Source: a virus
Taxonomy: Duplodnaviria; Heunggongvirae; Uroviricota; Caudoviricetes
Virus record (IMG/VR): IMGVR_UViG_3300025467_000526
Location: 64,001 to 120,433 of that record
DNA: 56,433 bases
Strand: one strand, 5' to 3'
How positions within the stretch are numbered: position 1 is the stretch's first letter; each line of letters begins with the position of its first letter. The notes under the pieces are model-generated. The model was not told where the DNA came from. It ran no database searches and saw only the letters and a program-made list of their open reading frames with translations. The position numbers and the translations under genes are program-made. Below are positions 53,715-56,433 of this stretch, in pieces.

Positions 53715-55553
53715 TTAGAATGATGAAACTTGGGCAACTGTCGGCAAATAACTATAAGTATTGATACCAGTTGTTTGGTTAGCTGTTACATGGCTGCCTG
53801 ATGCATACGTGATATTGACTTGAGCGGCTACTGTGCCAGTAACGTCCTCATCTATATCAAAGGTATTTCCGCTACTCTTGTAAGTGTCTTCCGTTGCGGC
53901 TGTCGACAAATCTTGCAATTCAATTTTAAATGTTAATACACTACCGCCAGCATCTAATTTTGCCAATATGTCATATTGGTTTGGTGCATATAACACAGAT
54001 CCTGAACTGCCTAAACTAGCTGTATATATAGTAACATATGAACCGCCTTTATTTGCTAAAAAATAATTCCAGCCATTACTAGTATTTCCAGCAGTTGTTG
54101 TAGCAGAACGTGTGCCAGTTAAACCAAAAGAAATAGTTCCCATGTTGTTTAACAATGTGTACCAGGAATCATTTTTATTTGCAGGTACAACTGTTGCAGG
54201 AGGATAAGTTGCAGGTATTGTTGCACTAGCAGTTGATGTTCCTGCTTCACTCATACTGGCAGTAAATTGTATTAGTCCGCCCGAATTAAAGAAATACTGT
54301 GCGGCTTGTGCGGCAGTATATGAACCTCCACCGCCGTATGTACCACCATTCCATGTCACTGTGAACACATTATTAATTGTTTGAATATTACTTTCAATAA
54401 CGTTAAGATTGTACGTCATTGTCGTTGTAGCAACTGATTGAGATATGTTAACTGAGTAACTTGTAGCAATAAATGGACGACTTGGAGAAGGTAATCCTGG
54501 TCCTCCCACTGACTGACTTAAATTGACATACCATTGAGATCCGCCGGCAAAGCCATTAATAATTGTACCTTGCGTAACACCTCCGTAAGCATCTCCTGTT
54601 CCGCCGCCATACAACATCATATTAACAGCAAGAGTACCGCTTGTAATACTAGTAATAGTTAATGTACTATTGACAATATATCCTGAAAAAACACAAGTGT
54701 TTACCGATGTGATCTTTGTGCCAGATGCAACTCCAGAACCTGTTACTGTCATGCCTGCAACAAGAGATGCACTTGGAAATGCAGTTGTTGTCATTATATT
54801 TCCAACAATATATGCACTTGCTGTAGGGTTTGGGTTTGGATTTGTTATAGTTGATCCACCCCAAGGATACGATGAACCTACTCTATACGCAGTATACGGA
54901 AAATTATTTAAAGGAGAAGATAATCCTGTAGTGCTAGCTAGCATTGTGCCTGGAGGTGTTGCATAACATCCAGGATACGTGACTCCGTTCACAGTAGTAC
55001 TACTAGAATTAGCTAATGCTGATGCTATTACACCATATGCTATTTTATCAACTTCTCGAATGTCTGTGCTTGTTGTAGGTATTGTAAGAGCAGGACTAGT
55101 AGCTACACCTAACTGATGATAATTTAAATTTGTAATATCTAAATATAAATTATTCCAATCGCTTACTTTAACTTTACCTCCGGCACCTGCTAACTGAGAA
55201 CTATTTAAAATTTGCCCGTAACCGGGATACACGCCACCACCCGAAGTATACACGCTCATAATATTATATACTATTGTTTGAATAGCATTATAATCTTCAT
55301 AAACAATTGGTATCACAGTACCTGTGAACGTTGTTGGAGAACCCGAACTTCCTACTGTTTGACTAGTGCTAACAGTATAAGTTCCTGTACCTCCAGTTCC
55401 TGTACCTTGAGCAAGTATATAAGTACTATTTGCACCAGCATTCCATGTAATAAGCATTGGCACTATTACAGGTTGGTTGGCAGTAACAGAGGTAACAGTT
55501 AATGTTGTCCCTGAAATATAACCAGAAAATGTTTCAGCTGTTGGAAAAGTCAT
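53715..55553 (-). CDS. Thr/Gly/Ser-rich virion structural (tail/fibre-like) protein
   Basis: Repeated FSGYI..T.LT.TS..YxVxxSQxV modules; conserved C-domain FFNSGG.I.F.AS, SWYTLLNNMGTI, DIDEDVTGT. Confidence 0.7.
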   Translation of the reverse strand: MTFPTAETFSGYISGTTLTVTSVTANQPVIVPMLITWNAGANSTYILAQGTGTGGTGTYTVSTSQTVGSSGSPTTFTGTVIPIVYEDYNAIQTIVYNIMSVYTSGGGVYPGYGQILNSSQLAGAGGKVKVSDWNNLYLDITNLNYHQLGVATSPALTIPTTSTDIREVDKIAYGVIASALANSSSTTVNGVTYPGCYATPPGTMLASTTGLSSPLNNFPYTAYRVGSSYPWGGSTITNPNPNPTASAYIVGNIMTTTAFPSASLVAGMTVTGSGVASGTKITSVNTCVFSGYIVNSTLTITSITSGTLAVNMMLYGGGTGDAYGGVTQGTIINGFAGGSQWYVNLSQSVGGPGLPSPSRPFIATSYSVNISQSVATTTMTYNLNVIESNIQTINNVFTVTWNGGTYGGGGSYTAAQAAQYFFNSGGLIQFTASMSEAGTSTASATIPATYPPATVVPANKNDSWYTLLNNMGTISFGLTGTRSATTTAGNTSNGWNYFLANKGGSYVTIYTASLGSSGSVLYAPNQYDILAKLDAGGSVLTFKIELQDLSTAATEDTYKSSGNTFDIDEDVTGTVAAQVNITYASGSHVTANQTTGINTYSYLPTVAQVSSF

Positions 55554-55554
55554 A

Positions 55555-56433
55555 TTAGAGAGGATTTACTGTTGTAATGTTTGGCAAATAATTATAAACG
55601 TTTTGTCCGGTAGCATTTACCATAGTTACATAATTACCAGAAGCGTAAGATATGTTTACTTCACTGGATAATGTTCCTGTAACATCCTCATCGATATCAT
55701 AAGGATTAGTACCGCCTGAACCAAATGCAACTTGTTTATAGTAATCTTCAGTTCCTGCCGCTTGGAAAGATGTTCCAGATAATGTAGCTGTAATTAAATT
55801 ACTAATTACAATGGGTGTGGCTGCCGTAGCATTATTATAACTAGTGGCTAGTGTAACACTATTGTTACCGGCATTTACACTTGCTACATAATAAGTTGTT
55901 GCTGAAGATCCTGTGCCTCCAGTCAATCCATTTCCGCCAGTACCTGTTAATATAATAATTGTTCCTTGTAGTATGCTTGAAATATTGCCTTGCGAAATAT
56001 TTAAAAATACTGAGCTAGGAGCACCTGTACTGGAAACTGTTCCTGTTACTGTAGGGAAACTACTTGATAAATCTTCAAAATCAATCTGGAATGTCAATTG
56101 ATTTGCTTGAGCATTTAATTGTGCCCAAATTGTATATTGGTTCGGTGCATATAAATTGGTACCTGGAGTACCTGCACTCTGTACAAATATTGGAGTAAAT
56201 TGATTTCCAGCCTGTGATAGGAAATATTGCCAACCATAACTAGTTCCAGTACCGCCCGATCCACTTTGTGTAACACCATAATAACTAAAATTAATAGTAC
56301 CCATGTTGTTTAACAAGGTATACCATGAATAATTTTTAGTACCAGTAGTAGGAATAGCACCGGCACTGGTAGGAATTGTAGGTGTTAATGTTCCTGGACT
56401 ACTCATGCTGGCATTAAACTGTATACTACCACC
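55555..56433 (-). CDS. Paralogous virion structural protein (5' truncated by window)
   Basis: Frame open to window end (GGSIQFNASMSSPG); shares SWYTLLNNMGTI, LYAPNQY, DIDEDVTGT with 53715-55553. Confidence 0.72.
   Translation of the reverse strand, partial: GGSIQFNASMSSPGTLTPTIPTSAGAIPTTGTKNYSWYTLLNNMGTINFSYYGVTQSGSGGTGTSYGWQYFLSQAGNQFTPIFVQSAGTPGTNLYAPNQYTIWAQLNAQANQLTFQIDFEDLSSSFPTVTGTVSSTGAPSSVFLNISQGNISSILQGTIIILTGTGGNGLTGGTGSSATTYYVASVNAGNNSVTLATSYNNATAATPIVISNLITATLSGTSFQAAGTEDYYKQVAFGSGGTNPYDIDEDVTGTLSSEVNISYASGNYVTMVNATGQNVYNYLPNITTVNPL

Noticed and set aside
3555-56101. Short alternative-frame and antisense ORFs in the track (e.g. 3555-3809, 12659-13135, 14437-14931, 29723-30379, 34285-34539, 39801-40196)
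   Set aside because: Nested in motif-bearing genes, no SD, no recognisable motifs; shadow ORFs
1-56433. Stop-codon recoding (TAG or TGA read-through), as in some jumbo phages
   Set aside because: Long genes are intact in code 11; phoH (5269) and the GT at 49466 end in TAG right after or near conserved C-terminal regions; TGA is used in many ATGA overlaps
1-56433. tRNA, rRNA, tmRNA, transposase, integrase or DGR elements
   Set aside because: Intergenic gaps are under about 160 bp with no cloverleaf or CCA pattern seen; no RT, DDE or recombinase motifs; tRNAscan/Infernal would be the definitive check

Overview
AT-rich, gene-dense 56 kb segment of a large (probably jumbo) T4-superfamily myovirus with a Gram-negative host (it encodes spanins). 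Its genes resemble the RaK2/GAP32-type jumbo lineage; this is recognised from memory, not from a database search. Standard genetic code; no tRNA, rRNA, CRISPR or transposase seen. Left to right: virion structural genes; a stand-alone N-terminal palm fragment of a DnaE-type polymerase; GroES-like co-chaperonin; clamp loader; an inverted phoH with a two-state structured leader; lysis cassette (GH19 endolysin, i/o-spanins, holin); dnaJ-def-clpA operon; a late cluster of putative head-internal proteins, including a 1133-aa fusion of three unrelated nucleotidyl-transfer folds and a Dps; two 2OG-Fe(II) oxygenases; family B DNA polymerase; a 13 kb 7-deazaguanine DNA-modification locus (DpdA-like transglycosylase, DpdL/QueD-like T-fold protein, FolE, QueE, no QueC in the window) interleaved with UDP-sugar dehydrogenase, two oxidoreductases, a GT-B glycosyltransferase, a PD-(D/E)xK nuclease, a cupin and a purine PRTase; RNase H/FEN; MoxR AAA + vWA/HExxH pair; thyX; then, on the minus strand, four GT-A glycosyltransferases and two paralogous Thr/Gly-rich virion proteins. 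Best candidates for undescribed biology: (1) a possibly sugar-hypermodified 7-deazaguanine in DNA, (2) the virion-packaged triple nucleotidyltransferase, (3) the phoH leader switch. All functional calls rest on motifs read by eye.
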